This document shows, piece by piece, positions 11,860-25,000 of a stretch of 64,000 nt of DNA (the first letter of the stretch is position 1; each line of letters starts with the position of its first letter). Source of the stretch: Harriotta raleighana (taxonomy: Eukaryota); contig JBNZDD010013698.1 of assembly GCA_050575255.1 (NCBI GenBank), forward strand, positions 3,497,280 to 3,561,279, written 5' to 3'. The notes under the pieces are model-generated. The model did not search any database. It had not been told where the DNA came from and saw only the letters and a list, made by a program, of their open reading frames with translations. The position numbers and the translations under genes are program-made.

Positions 11860-11980
11860 GGAAAAGTGATCCGCAGATTGACTAAAAAACGCATTCCTAC
11901 TTATTGCTAGTTAAACAGAGGCGTGTAACGTAAGGAAACTTGCCCAGTGTTTCACCTACCTGGAATCAAACTAAGGGCTT
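11860..11980 (-). mobile_element. SINE fragment with CORE-like block
   Basis: Minus strand reads ctgggcaagtttccttac...gcctctgtttaactagcaataagtaggaa. Confidence 0.6.
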
Positions 11981-12087
11981 TCTCTCGGTTGAAGAAATCC
12001 TTCCTGAGTCTGTCCTTGAAAAGATCCTCCATAACTCCGACCTTGTACTCTCTATTTGTGCTGCCTCAGTGTATGAAAGTATTGGTC

Positions 12088-12290
12088 TACAATGTAGCTC
12101 AGTGATTGGAGCACTTGCCTTACAAGCGAGAGACCTAGGTTCGATTCCAGGCAGGTGAAACCTTGGGCAAATTGCCTGATAATAATCCCTCAAAAAAAGT
12201 TTTGTTCACATTCAACTGAAGAAAGGTACCTCTCATCCAGGGCATCCCAACGTGAAAGGCACTATACAAATGTAATTTGGTTGTTGTTGA
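12088..12290 (+). mobile_element. tRNA-derived SINE head plus tail
   Basis: tgtagctcagtgattggagcacttgccttacaagcgagagacctaggttcgattccaggcag. Confidence 0.8.
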
Positions 12291-12880
12291 TGTCTGACAG
12301 ACATTCTGTCAAGAGTGGACACAGAGAGACACCGTTGAGTGTCATCCACATACATATGAAAGTTGACCCTATGTCAACAGATGATATTACCAAGAGGGAG
12401 CATGTCGATGTTGAAGAGGAGGGGACCAAGGATGGAACCATATGGAACCCCGCATGAGATGGTGCAGGGGCTAGAGGAGAAACCATTTGTTGAGATGAAG
12501 TGGAGGCGGTGTAATAGATACAAACTGAATCATTCAAGGACAGAACTATGAAGGGTGAGAAGACAAGCAGTGGATGAGGATAGAGTGGTCAATGGTGTTG
12601 AGGAGAACAAGAAGGCAGAGGGAGCCCTGGTCACAAAGAGATTGAATGTCATTTGTCACTTTGACCAGAGCTGTTTCTGTGCTGTGGATAGCAAGGAAAC
12701 CCGATTGGAGGAGTTTCATGCAGGGAGTGGGAGGAGAGGCAGGAGTAAAGTTGGGAAATAATGACTCATTCCAGGACCTTGGAGAGGAATGGGAGGTTGG
12801 AGATGGTGTGGTAATGTAAGACCAGGAATGGTCCAGATAGGGTTTATTAAGGATGAGAGTAATGACGGGAGTGAATCCAG
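12290..12880 (-). mobile_element. Degenerate L2 reverse-transcriptase fragments
   Basis: LQSGFLAIHSTETALVKVTNDI...LLVLL.TIDHSIL (ORF 12546-12920) and remnants of the GVPQGS.LGP and YADD regions. Confidence 0.85.
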
Positions 12881-12954
12881 GATATTGTATAATTGTAACT
12901 AACGTAATATAGGGAAGCATTATATTTCTATAGTAGAAGATTCACAGGGTCAGA

Positions 12955-13340
12955 TAACATAGGAACAGAGGAAGAGGAGTGAGCCATTCAGCCCCTCTAG
13001 CTGATTCCACCTTTCTATTAGATCATGGCTGAACTGTAACTCAACTCCAACTATCTGCCTTTGCATGGAATCACTTGATACTCTCACCTATTAAAAATCT
13101 ATCAGTCTGAGTCTTGAAAATGTGAATGGATCCGTCATCCACAGCCTTCTTGGGGAGCGAGGTCCAGATTTCCACTAGTTTTGTGTGAAAAAATGTCACC
13201 TGATAAACGGCCAAGCTCTCATTTTAAGATTATGCTCCCTTATTCAGGATTCCTCCACCAGAGGTTATAGTTTCTCTGTAGCTACCCCATCAAATCTCTT
13301 TAATCATTTTAAACACCTCAATCAGACCACTACCCAACCT
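12955..13340 (-). mobile_element. CR1 LINE 3' end (second subfamily)
   Basis: acataggaacagagg...gccattcagcccctc tail and tccacagccttc...ttccac...tgtgtgaaaaaatg (FFTQ..V..WN region). Confidence 0.8.
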
Positions 13341-14119
13341 AACAATGGATGATACACTGCAAAGGAGTGATTCCTATCACCATAGGTGAAAGGGGCAATG
13401 CTAAACATCTATTGGGTTAGAAATATAGAGAAGGCTTAAAGATACATTCATCTATAGCACAACATGCAATGAACAAGAGCTAATTAGGTAACACTGAAGT
13501 TTTGGGAGCTCCCACAACTGAGCCCTACCCAAGATGCAGCTCGGAAAGATACAGAATTATCTAAGGCTACAGCTTATGCTCATGTTATTTTCAATAGATA
13601 GTCATACTGTGCCAAATGCTCGACATTTTGTGAAGACATGCACAAAATCTATTATTACTAAGTTACAGGAAGAGTGTTGAATTCTGTCATTTTTTTTCAA
13701 CTTGTGTGTGTTTTGTCAGAAAATGGCTTGCAGCTGGGACAGAAGGAATGAGCACTCCTGATAAATATGGAATTTAAACCCACAAACCGGATCCTCAATA
13801 TTCACCAAGTAGCACCAGATGGATACACACCCACCTCCAGAGTGCCAGGAAGCACAGGTGCATCCATGTGCTGCAACACTAATACCACCACAGACACATA
13901 GCTTCAAGTCATCACCCATAATCATAAACACAAGAGCTTAATACACCTCCTACATTTGGAAAAGTTCCTGCCTTCAACATGGTGATATGTGTGTTCATGT
14001 GAGTATCAGCATGACAATAACACCACCCACATCTACACATACGCGCAGAAGGGCACAAGCCAGAAACTGAAGCTTTTTCTCTTGCGAAAAGAGAGAAAGA
14101 AAAGCAATGTATCTTAACA

Positions 14120-14520
14120 ATGAAAGCCCATCACTCGCCTGGCTCCTTATTCCCCAGCAAATCAACTTTACCCCTGTATTTATACCTTCAAATGCCTCCG
14201 TGACCATTCTATCTTTGATTTCTTGCAGCCAATTCCCCTCCCACTCTGTCTCCTTCTGCTCCTCATGTTCTTCATGTCCCTTGCACCCCATCGTTGGTGG
14301 GTGAATTTTTGGCCATTGTCCCCACGCTCTGAGTCTCTCCTCTAACATCCTCTGTCTCACTTCTACTCTCTTTGCTTTCGAAACATGTCGAAAAAACACT
14401 GTCTTTGACTGCATCGTCGGGCATCTCACACCTAGCCCCATTCATCTATAAAGCGCTCTGAGACATTCAGAGTGTGAGACATGTAAGAGGCATTATGTAA
14501 GCATAAATTTTCATTGTTGA
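14120..14520 (+). mobile_element. Old L2 3' end
   Basis: LAWLLIPQQINF resembles [12 protein letters not shown]; ends with aaagcgctctgagac tail. Confidence 0.65.
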
Positions 14521-14754
14521 ATGTAACCTTATCTAAATCAAGTCAATCTGAGATATTTTTTAATCAATCCAAATTGGGGTTAATTTGGATTCCGGAATTC
14601 CGATTTACTGTTACAAGGCTTTTAAAAACAAAATCACCAAAAGCTGGAGACTTGTACTGAAAACAGAAACAAAAAGTTTTAAATCTCTTTAGCGGACAGT
14701 AAAAGTAGTTTCTTTAAAGTTACTCCCACTTTCATAACTCATATATATGCACTC

Positions 14755-15000
14755 CAATGCAATGCTGGAGGTTCTTGTCTTAAGATCAAATGTTCAACCG
14801 AAGACCCGTTTGCTTGTTCAGATGGATATTAATTAGCCCATGGCACTGTTCGAAAAGAGAAGCAAGTTTCTCTTGGTGTCCTGGCCAAAATGCCCCTATA
14901 AAATGGTTCATTCACTTCATGGCTGTTTGTGAGACATTGCCGTGTAGAGATTGGCTGCCTGGTTTGCTCACAAAAACAGAAAAACCACTTTACATTACAG
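14755..15000 (+). mobile_element. SacSINE1-like DeuSINE (Deu domain)
   Basis: aaccgaagacccgtttgcttgttcagatggat...cccatggcactgttcgaaaagag...ggtgtcctggccaa. Confidence 0.8.
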
Positions 15001-16246
15001 TATATGCTAAGCAATATTTTTTTGAAAAAGTGTTTACCATTAAGAAAATATTTCAGTGAAACATACACACCTACAGATGTGTGAAGAGAAAAATCTGTCG
15101 TGAGCAAGCACTTGGCAGTAAAGTCATTTTATTACCATCTGCCTATCAACAGAACAATTTACAGGCAGCTGTCAGTAGCATCTGCCAAATCAACTACTCT
15201 GATGAAGTGATGTCAGATTTACTAGATGTAGTTCAGTATAGTTGGCAATTTTGTTAGTTTTTGTTACAGAAACAAACACGTAATTTTCCAGAAGTGAGTG
15301 CATTATTAGGGAATGTTTTTAGAATTGCACCATTTACGCTGTTTGTATGCTTTACTGTATAATTTAATGATTTCATACTTTACAGCATCTTACTGGCAAG
15401 ATTTTAAAATTGAACAACACTAATCCATGTGATACACTCACTACCTTTCACATTGCCTCAAAGCGCTTCACAGGATATACTGTAATGTATAGTGAATGTG
15501 TATTTTATAATCAATCATAGCAGCCAATTTACACAGAGCAATGTATCACAAACAGTGATGTGAACTTATTGAGTGAAAAAAGCTTAGGTCTGACCACCAT
15601 CGAAGCAAAGGATTTATAATAGAGGAAGCAAGGAGTCAATGCAGTTATTTATAATGCCCAGCAATAAATGCACTCAATTTAATGAAGAGAATAGCTCAGC
15701 ACACTTTGATGAATTATTCTCATTTAGCAACGAGTTCCCACTGTGATGATTCGTCAAATGGCAGGTGCTATATTTAAAAGATTACAGTAGTAGTTAAATG
15801 CAAATACCAACATAATATTTTGCAAAATTATCAATAAATTTCAATACTTTTTTAAAAAAAGCCTCCAGTTGAAGGGACAATTGTAATTAATATCTTTCAT
15901 TGCAGTGAAAATTGTTGGTGATAATAATCACATCACGTATTGTATTTCTCGGTCCCATTATTTCACACTTTGGAAAAGATACTCTCAAATAGTTCATTTT
16001 CTTACCAATTTTATATTTTTAAAAAACAATCTCACAGGTTATTTTATTTGTAGATTTTGCAGTTTCATATTGAAATATGTTCACAACAGTTTCTGCGTTC
16101 AAGGCTATTTGTCAATTCTGTTTTTATTACTGAGAAATGAAACGTCATTGCTCAGTGCACCACCATTGTTAAAACTAGCAGAAGAATAAAACACATTTTT
16201 CGACAACAACAAATTGCGTTTATATAGCATATTTCATATATAATAT

Positions 16247-16552
16247 ATAATAATCCTTGCATTTGATATAGCGCTTTTCACATGTTATGAACATCCCAAA
16301 GCGCTTCACAGAATATACTGTAAAGTGAATTGACTGTATATTTGTAGGCGGAACGCGGCAGTCAATTGCACACAGCAGTGTCCCACAAACAGTCATGGAT
16401 TGAAATGACCAATTTTATCATTGTGGAGGGATTATTATTAGGCATGTGGAGTAAGGAAACTTGCCCAAGGTTTCGCCCTGATTTGCATTGATTCGAACTC
16501 AGGTCTCATGCTTGTAAGGCGAGTGCTCTAATCACTAAGCCATAGGAGCTCC
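16247..16552 (-). mobile_element. Full-length tRNA(Ala)-like SINE
   Basis: Complete tail-body-head arrangement with well-preserved consensus motifs. Confidence 0.92.
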
Positions 16553-16779
16553 ATATCGGCAGGACATCCCAAGGCACTGAAGCCATCAGCCAACAAAAAG
16601 GTGTTTGTAAAACTAGGTTTAAAAGAAGTTAAGTGAAGACCTAGTTATAAGAACTGGGGATTCTTACATTTTAGAGATAAACCGGAGGAGGAGTAATGAG
16701 AAAGACTGAGTTGGAATAGGAGTAGGAGGCAGTGTGAGAAGCTTGAATACAGTGCAAATATAGGGACAGTGGACCCGCT

Positions 16780-17340
16780 TGTTTCCAAGATGCTATCTTA
16801 CAGACAAAATGTAGTCAATCCACTTCACAGTATATCGTGTGAAGCACTTTGACATACTCGACGATGTGATAAGGTGCTATACCCATCACACCAGTCCTTG
16901 GCAGGCTCCACTGGCTACCAATTACCAAACAGTTCGATTTCCAGATCCTCTCACTCATTTTCAAATCCCTTCATGCCCTCACACCTCCCTACCTCTCCGA
17001 TCTGCTTATCTTACCCCACCACCCAGCCCCTCCATTCGGCCAGCTCCAGGCTCCTGTTTGTCCCTCAGCTTTTCCACCCCAACACCAGTGGCCATGCCTT
17101 CAGCCACTCTCTTCCTCAATCCCTCCCCACCTTCAAATCCCGCCCAAAGACAAATCCTTTTTGATTCACTTTATGGTGAACTACCCCCTCCCCCTCCCTC
17201 TGGCTCGTTATCACTTTCAATGATTCCAGGACGTTACTCCATGTGTAAGGTGCTACATAAATTCAAGTTGTTGTTGTTGTTACACCTAATGCAAATACGA
17301 GGATGATGAAGGGCGCTATATAAATTTTATATTGTTGGTT
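16780..17340 (+). mobile_element. SINE tail followed by an L2 3' end
   Basis: ccagtccttggcaggctccactggctacc (PVLAGLHWL), accagtggccatgccttcagcc, gttgttgttg tail. Confidence 0.75.
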
Positions 17341-17807
17341 TACGTGTAATGTCAACCACTTAACTAATTTACTTCTTTAAATGAACACCACATGGTTTTG
17401 ATGCAGTTAATATTAAACCACTCCCGCGGGAAGCATGTCAAGTAACCTGTGTTTCAGATTGTGCATAGATACTGATAATCCTGATTTACAAACTGTATTT
17501 TTTAGGCTAAAACGTTAATTTGCATAATTGTGCATATCATGCATTGTGTAAAGTTTCTAACTTAAATCACTTATTGTAGTATAATTACGATATTCTCCTT
17601 GCAAACAATATATCTAGAAGCTCTCAGTTTTGTTTAGATCTGTTTGATCTCTTATGTGGAGAGAAAAATAATTGTGAGTCAACCATCTTCACTTAGAAGA
17701 TAAAAAGAAAGTCAGTCTTATTCTTTTCTAAATAGTGGCAACAATTATGCTGGATTTGGCTTCACTCAGCCAGGATTCCAGTGCTTGATCATATTTAATA
17801 AACCTGC

Positions 17808-18465
17808 AAGAACACAAAATGCTGCAAATGCTGGAAATCTGAAAGAAAAATGGAAGTCACTGGGAACACTCACCAGGTCAGGCAACATCTATGGAGAAAG
17901 GAAAAGTGAGTCAAAGTTTTGGGTTCATCAACCCTTCGTCAGAACTGGGGCATGTTTAAGGACGAACAGACAGGGCAATGAAGACAAAGGAGAAAATGGG
18001 GGTAGAGGGCAGGAAATAATGGGTTAAAAGGGTGTTAATGTTGTGACACAAAAGGGGGAGATTGTAACAAAACTGGATAGAAGAGGTGTTAATAACGTTA
18101 AACAAAGAGGGGGTGAAATTGGAAAAAAAAAACAGGCAGACCAGATGGTCACGGAGGGGAAGATGAGCTGTTATGGCCTGAAATGATTGAAATCAATATT
18201 AAGGCCAGAGGACTGTAAGGTCCCTAGCGGATAGATAAGGTGTTGTTCCTCAAGCTTCCGCCATGGTTCATTGGAACAGAGTAAGAGACTGTGGATGGAG
18301 AGGTCAGAATGCGAGTGGGAAGGTGAGTTGAAATAGCATGGAATTGGTAGGTCAACGTTGTATTTGCGGACAGAAAGCAAGTGTTCGGCAAATCGGTCAC
18401 CCAATTTGTGTTTGGTCTCCCCAGTGTAGAGGAGACCACAGGTATATAGATATACAGCGTTCAAC
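17808..18465 (-). mobile_element. Penelope-like element 3' part encoding the GIY-YIG endonuclease C-terminus
   Basis: ORF 18171-18464 CGLLYTGETKHKLGDRFAEHL...CYFNSPSHSHSDL...RKLEEQHLIYPLGTLQSSGLNIDF, followed by the terminal repeat at 17808-17947. Confidence 0.9.
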
Positions 18466-18490
18466 TCTTGACTGGGTTGTTATATAATAA

Positions 18491-18804
18491 AATAATACAT
18501 AATAATCTTTGCATTTGATATAGCGCTTTTCACATGTTCTAGACATCTCAAAGCATTTCACACTGGGTTCACTGTAAAGTTCACTCACTGTAAAGTGAAT
18601 TGATTGTACATTTGTGGGCGAAATGCAGCAGCCAATTACGCACAGCAGTGTCCCACAAACTGGATTGAAGTGATCATTTTTTTTATCTTGAGGGATTATT
18701 ATCAAGCATGTGGAGTAGGGAAACTTGCCCAATGTATCCCTATGCCAGGAACTGAATCAAGGTCTCTTGCTTGTGAGGCTTTAATCACTGAGCTTCAGGA
18801 CTCC
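18491..18804 (-). mobile_element. Full-length tRNA-derived SINE
   Basis: Same family motifs as 16247-16552. Confidence 0.88.
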
Positions 18805-20403
18805 TGTACGACGTATTAACAACAACAGTTTAGATTTATATAGTGTCCTCCATGCCGGATGGCGTCTCAGAGCGCTTAAGAGGCATACACACAATATATC
18901 GGGCCTTCTATGCATTTCTGTGTCCGGTAGCAAATCGTACCATTGTGACAGGATAAAACTTCTCTACAGAGCTGCACTCCTGTAAATTGTAGTGTAAATG
19001 AGGGCGGCTCAAAATTAAATGCTGAATGGTTACTGGAACAGCTCCAGGAACCAGTCACAGCTACAACAACAACAACAACAAAATTACATTTGTATTGCAC
19101 TTTTCACATCGGGAGGACTCCCATGGTGTTGAATACTAAGTGAAAAGTGCGACAGGAACCAAGCAGTAACAAACAACAGGCAAAGCTCGGTACAAAGAAA
19201 CAATTTCTGTTACCTTTCTTTTGATCAGACTGCAGTGTTCTCTAACCGCTCACCTGATTTTTTGCAAACAAATTTACCAATAACTGAGCCGCAGATGCAG
19301 CTTCCTATTCATTTCAAGACAGGGACAGTAAAAAGTATAAAATCGATATTCTGGTGTGTGCTAACTAGTAGTGGTGTGATAGACCTCAAATGCTTCCAAA
19401 TGTCCTTAGAAACGTTCTAAGGGTGCTACTATATGCTCTCCTCACCATTTCCCTTGATACCGTCACTAATGGGAGAGGAAAGAAAACATCTTAAACAACA
19501 CGGACGGTAATGTGTTAGAGTATTATTTATATAAATTTCATGCCCCAAGATTGGTTAGCACTTCCTATATTGCTAAATTATCCCAAGAGTAATATTCCAG
19601 TTTTCCAGAATAGTCTAATTGCGAAATTGGATTGGTTTGCAAAACTGCCTGATTTAATGAAACCATCTTCAAAGACTTTGTAGCCCTTTTTTTTCTTGAT
19701 CTACATAGCCTTAGATCAAACCATCAAACATATCATCTCTGTTACTTATTAACTGAGCTAACAATCAAAGACAGTAACTTGTATCAGCAATAATTCAATC
19801 TGAATGCACTATGAAAATACTCTATGTTATCTTAATCCTTGGATCACTACAGGCGAAAATTCAGGTTATTCATGATGAAGAACTATTTTGATCTCCTGGC
19901 GAATAAATCTCCCTCATCTAAAATCCCCCTCCCCAAATCCTCTCCAGAAATGTATTGCTCATTCATCTTTATTGTTGTTTTGTGGTGTTTCTGGCATTTG
20001 CCTGCTTAGCAGTCAATAACCTTGAAAAGTAACAAAAACTGAAGCACTCTAAAATGTTTCAAAGTGATAAGGTTTTCCATCAAATTACAGTATTATTACT
20101 TATTTATTTATAGGTTTTGCTAATACAGTATCTTGCTTTTTGGTCAAATCACCATTTATGTTACTGTAGACAGAGCAGTGGACAGAGCAGGCTATGACTG
20201 GATTAGAGATAGGAAGTAGACGGGTAAAATGAAGCTAAGTCAGAATCATTAAATAAGAAATAACCAGGGTAACAGAGTGAAATGTTACACTGGCACTGAG
20301 CAAATCGCTGGTTCTACCTGTTATGAACAATATTGAAACCTTAAAGCTTTATGCCTTGTTTGAAGAGAAAATAAAGATAGAAAGTATACTGCATATGAGT
20401 GCA

Positions 20404-20640
20404 ATAGAAACATAGAAATCTACAGCGTGGAAAGATCCTAGTTGGCAAAATGCTCCCCCCACCCCCACCACCTGCCTTATTCCCCATATCGTTTCAAGCT
20501 TCTCTCAGCATATTTACTTCCCTCTTGCAAAACACAAAGGAATCTGCCTCCACCACCCTACAATGCAGGGGCATTCCACATCCCAAATACTCTCTGGGTA
20601 GAAAGAACTCTGTGGAAATACGTCATTTTGTTGATCACCT
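20404..20640 (-). mobile_element. Old CR1 3' end
   Basis: atagaaacatagaaatctacagc tail; gaatctgcctccaccacc...gcattccacatccc..actctctgggt. Confidence 0.75.
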
Positions 20641-21163
20641 AAAGAGTCACAGGCTATTGTAAAGCACTTTCATTACACCTGCAAATGTGTCTAAAATATT
20701 TCAGCAACATAAGTATACCAATTATTTACTTACAGTATTAACATAGACCAATATCATTTTGCTTTTTATTAAGATTGACTTCAGTTGTTCATCAGGGTGC
20801 CAGAATAATGAAGAGAAAAGCATGTTACTAAGGGAATAGAAAAGCAAATCGGATGATATGTTCACAATTAATTTTAGATAGAGCCAAATATTTATACGTT
20901 AGGTGTAGTGGAATGATACAATGCACACAGTTATACAGCACCATGTGGTCATCGAAGACTAGATGGATAATAAAGCAATGATCAAAGTGTTCAAACGTAT
21001 CCAGACTCAGGAAGATTCTGATTTAAAATATGTGTGTTTTTGCTGGAGTTTGGTTTGGACACACAGTGCCTCAGTAAAGAGGTGCCGATGTCTTTCTAAA
21101 ATCTGCATTATTGTATACTTTGTTTATACTCCTGACAAAGTATGTTATCTGACAGCATGGAGT

Positions 21164-21633
21164 TAATAATAATAATCATTGCATTTGATACAGCGCTTAT
21201 CACTTCCTTGAGACATCTTGAAGCATTTCGCAGAATACACTGTAAAGTGAATTAACTGCATATTTCATGGTCAAAATACAGTAGCCAATGTGCAGAGCAG
21301 TGTCCCAAAAACAGTTTGAAGCACTGAGTTCTGACGAAAGGTTGTAGACCCGAAACGTTGACTCATTTTTTCTTTCTCCATAGATGCTGCCTGACCTGCT
21401 GAGTGTTCCCAGCGATTTCTGTTTTTGTCCCAAAAACGGTGATGGATTGAGTGACCACATCAATTTTTAAAAAACATTTTAACCCCACAAAAGCTGATCA
21501 ACTAAAAACCAAATTCCTACTTACCGCTAGGTAAACAGAAGCGTTTGGAGAAAGCAAACTTGCCTAACGTTTTGCCTGACCCAGATCCTCTTGCTTACGA
21601 GGTGAGTGCTCTAACAATACCCCAGAGGACTCC
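21164..21633 (-). mobile_element. tRNA SINE (CORE-like variant) interrupted by a Penelope-like fragment
   Basis: Tail at 21164, Deu-tail to 21312, resumes at 21426, CORE-like block 21515-21565, head at 21590-21633. Confidence 0.8.
21326..21425 (+). mobile_element. Penelope-like terminal repeat fragment with target-site duplication
   Basis: agttctgacgaaagg...cccgaaacgttgactc...gatgctgcctgacctgctgag, flanked by direct repeat tgtcccaaaaac at 21301-21312 and 21426-21437. Confidence 0.85.
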
Positions 21634-21649
21634 ATACGCATTACGATGA

Positions 21650-22050
21650 ACCCCAACTCTATCTACCTCACATCCCCTGTCCGCCCCATAGGTCAGGCTT
21701 TCATCTTTTCTCACATTATTCTCACTCTCTGGAACTTCATTCTGGAGACAACAACAACAAATTACATTTATACAGCCCCTTTCATGGTTCTAGGTCCTAG
21801 CAGCTATGGGGACCTTTTACCTCGCCCCTTCCCTCCTACAGCGTCTTTTTCTTTGACTGTGCCTTTGGTCATTTCACCTCCTCCACTCGGTAAACAGGCT
21901 TGCTGTGAATATCCCCACCCTCTTCACGCTCTCATTGGTAGCCGAGCCTTCACATTTTACACACCTAACCAGTGACACTCCTACCCTGTGTTTGTACAGT
22001 GGGCTGAGACGTTACTCTGCATGAAGGGTGCTGTATAAATGCTATTTGTG
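21650..22050 (+). mobile_element. Degenerate L2 3' fragments
   Basis: Repeated attggtagccgagccttc / ctctggaacttcattc motifs and gaagggtgctgtataaatgc tail. Confidence 0.55.
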
Positions 22051-23300
22051 GTTTCACTCCCCAAAATACTGAAAGTACATTCGTAACTTATAAAGTTCCA
22101 AAAGCAATGTTGTACAACTGGCAATGACCATAACATCAATGGAATGATAACCCTGCTCCTAATCCATACTTAATTTCATCTCAAACATAACTCACTTGAA
22201 GGCCGAAATTCAAGGAGTCAAACATTGAATTGGCTGATGTGAGTTTATGATAGAGAGAATGAAAATAATGGAAACCTTACAATGACAGGCACCAGAGGCA
22301 GCTGCAAATAATGTACATATTAAAAGACTGTGAATCTGCTGGAGATCCGCAAAGGTGTTTTATTATTTTCATTTGGAACAATTTTAAGCACTGATCCTTT
22401 CCAACATAATCACACATTTATGTCCAGGTGTTTCTGAAGTCTAAAATCCCTGAACTGTGAAGGAGCTTGTAACTCAAGTTTAAGAGATGTGAAGGGTGGT
22501 CAGTTTAAGTAGTTTAGCCTCTTCGTCAGCTTCAATTTGTTGTTTACATATAAAAAGGTGAAGAAAGGTTGTTTGTGCCAAGCTCTGCCATAGCAATGTA
22601 TGTTGTCTTCTCCTCAATCCTGGCTAGAGCTCTTCCTCTAATGTAGCCTGTTCATCCACTATATCTATGACAGAAAGCCACCCATTTAGAATACTGTAGT
22701 TGAAAGGGAACACCAGCTTCTGGTTGTTGGGGAAGCGCTTTTGTTTGGAGTACTGTACTAAGCGATGCCACAGAGTAATTGAAGGGATTTAGGAAAATGA
22801 TTCTGCTCTGAAGCCCACTCGTTGAGAATGTTACTCCAATAAAGTGCCATATCAAATAACTTATGGAATTTGGTTGTGTTGTGTCAAAAAATTCTTACTG
22901 CAAATTCCAGTAAGAATTCTTGNGTGCCATATCAAATAACTTATGGAATTTGGTTGTGTTGTGTCAAAAAATTCTTACTGCAAATTCCCACTTCAAACAA
23001 ATGTTTCAAAGCCAGAGCAAATGTCTGTTGATAATTGAATTGTATGTACCAACTCATAATTAGGAATCATTGTTTTACAAATGAAAAGAAAGGTCGATGA
23101 CTTCATTTGATAGATAAATCACATTAGTAATACTGTAATTCCTGCAACCTCCAAAGGTACAAAAGCTAGCAAACTGACAAAGCAATTAGTTTGGAGATTT
23201 GGTCAGGTTTTATGTCGAGTATTACAGAACAGACTTATAAAAGATGCCGCCACTTTGATAACAGATGAATAAATGTTTCTTAAATTCAATATTAACAATA

Positions 23301-24189
23301 CAGTAAAACCTTGTTTATCCGTGACTCGAATAATCGGAAAACCCGTTCAACCGCCATCTCAAAAAAAAGTCACGATCCAACTAACCGGAAGTTATCCGGC
23401 GACGTGTTGATTGTCGGGTCTAAACTCATTCCGGGTCCTTTTAAAAGTCGCGTTTTTTATTTTACCTCGTTCGGATGGATGAGTGCCTGTTGTTGGGAAG
23501 TTAAGTACTGTATACATAATAAATACTGCTGCAGATAGTGGCCAGAGAGGGGGGGGGGTGTAGGAGGAGGGAATGAAGGGGAGGAAACGGGGAGAGATAG
23601 GGAGGGTGAGAATGGAGAGAAAGAGAGAGGGTGGGAATAAGATATGGAGAAAGGGAAAGAGAGAGATAGGGGAAAGCGTAAGCGAGTGAGAGAGAGAGAT
23701 AGGGGAAAGCATAATGGAGTGAGAGAGAGAGAGAAATGGCAGCAGGTTGTTGCAGAGAGAGAGAAAGAGAGAGAGGGAGGGAGAAAGAGGAAAGTTGGGG
23801 GTGCGGGGTGAAATTTGTGGACAGAATTTATATGCTTTTTAAAGTCGCGTTTTTTACCTTCCGTCGAATCCAGTGCTGCAACTGCGAAGTTAAGTATAAA
23901 TAATAATATATTAATAGATTATTCTGTTATTATTTAGTCCATTATTAATAGGCTACGTGTTCAAATAATTTTTTTAAAAATTGAAAAAATTATATTTAAT
24001 AATTTTTTTTAAAANTATTCTGTTATTATTTAGTCCATTATTAATAGGCTACGTGTTCAAATAATGTTTAATTTTTTTGGAAAAAATTATATTTAATTTT
24101 TATTATTTTTTTAAATCAGTTCAACCGGAAAAACTGTTTAACTACCACTGGCCAGGTCCCTTGGGTGCTGGATAAACGAGGTTTTACTG
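23301..24189 (+). mobile_element. Tc1/mariner (Tigger/pogo-like) MITE, copy 1
   Basis: TA|cagtaaaaccttgtttatccg ... ggataaacgaggttttactg|TA: about 21-bp TIRs, TA target duplication, no ORF, internal GA-rich tract. Confidence 0.9.
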
Positions 24190-24326
24190 TATCACGTTAA
24201 GACCTCAGAAACATTCCAAGCCTTAGCTCGTTATTGTCACTTTTGCAACACATGATAAATGCCAGACTTTCAATTCTAATCCTAACTAACGCTCTTCAAC
24301 AGTCATGGCGTACTCAGTCATTGGAG

Positions 24327-24545
24327 TTTCCTTATTCCACAAGCCTGATAATAATCCCTCAAGAAAAATTAACAATTTGGTCCCTTCAATCAATGACTGT
24401 TTGTGGGATACTGCTGTGCACAATTGGCTGCCGCATTTGCCCACAAAATATACGGCCCATTCACTTTGCAGTGTGTTCTGTGAAGCGCTTTGAGTCGTCT
24501 GGAGGATGTGATAAGGCGGTACATCAAATGCAAGGATTATTATTA
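24327..24545 (+). mobile_element. tRNA SINE body and tail
   Basis: gtttccttattccacaagcctgataataatccctc ... caaatgcaaggattattatta. Confidence 0.85.
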
Positions 24546-24639
24546 CAGAGAAATTGCAATATAAATATGCCTCATTGTGAAATTACATTTAACCACTGGA
24601 TGTAGAGTGTACTTGTTTCACATGTTAACAGTATCAGAT

Positions 24640-25000
24640 TCAATATAGGTTATTCATGTTCTATGTTAAGCTTTTAACTCCCAGAATAGGCTGTCACTAC
24701 GATAGTGCTGGGGAAGTGCTGCATTGTTGGAAATGCCAGCCTTTGGATGAGATGCTAAACCGAAGCTCAGTCTACCTGTTCAGGTGGATGTTAAAGATCT
24801 CTACAGTATTCGAAAAGACAAAGGATTTCTCCAGTGTCCTAGCTAACAACCTCATGGAAAAAAATAGTCATTCACCTCATGGCTGATTGTGAGACATTGC
24901 TATGTGTAAATTGGCTGCCACAGTTATCTACGAAATGCAGACTTTACAGGAAACGTACTGTACAAAATTACAGTAAATCCTGTGAAACACTGTGAAATAC
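24640..25000 (+). mobile_element. SacSINE1-like DeuSINE
   Basis: ggatgagatgctaaaccgaagctcagtctacctgttcaggtggatgttaaagatc (Deu domain). Confidence 0.8.

Noticed and set aside
22845-22990. ~63-bp direct repeat with a small hairpin
   Set aside because: The copies flank a single N at 22923, typical of a contig-overlap or gap-closing artefact.
23918-24100. Direct repeat inside MITE copy 1
   Set aside because: It flanks the N at 24016; probably two alleles or overlapping contig ends.
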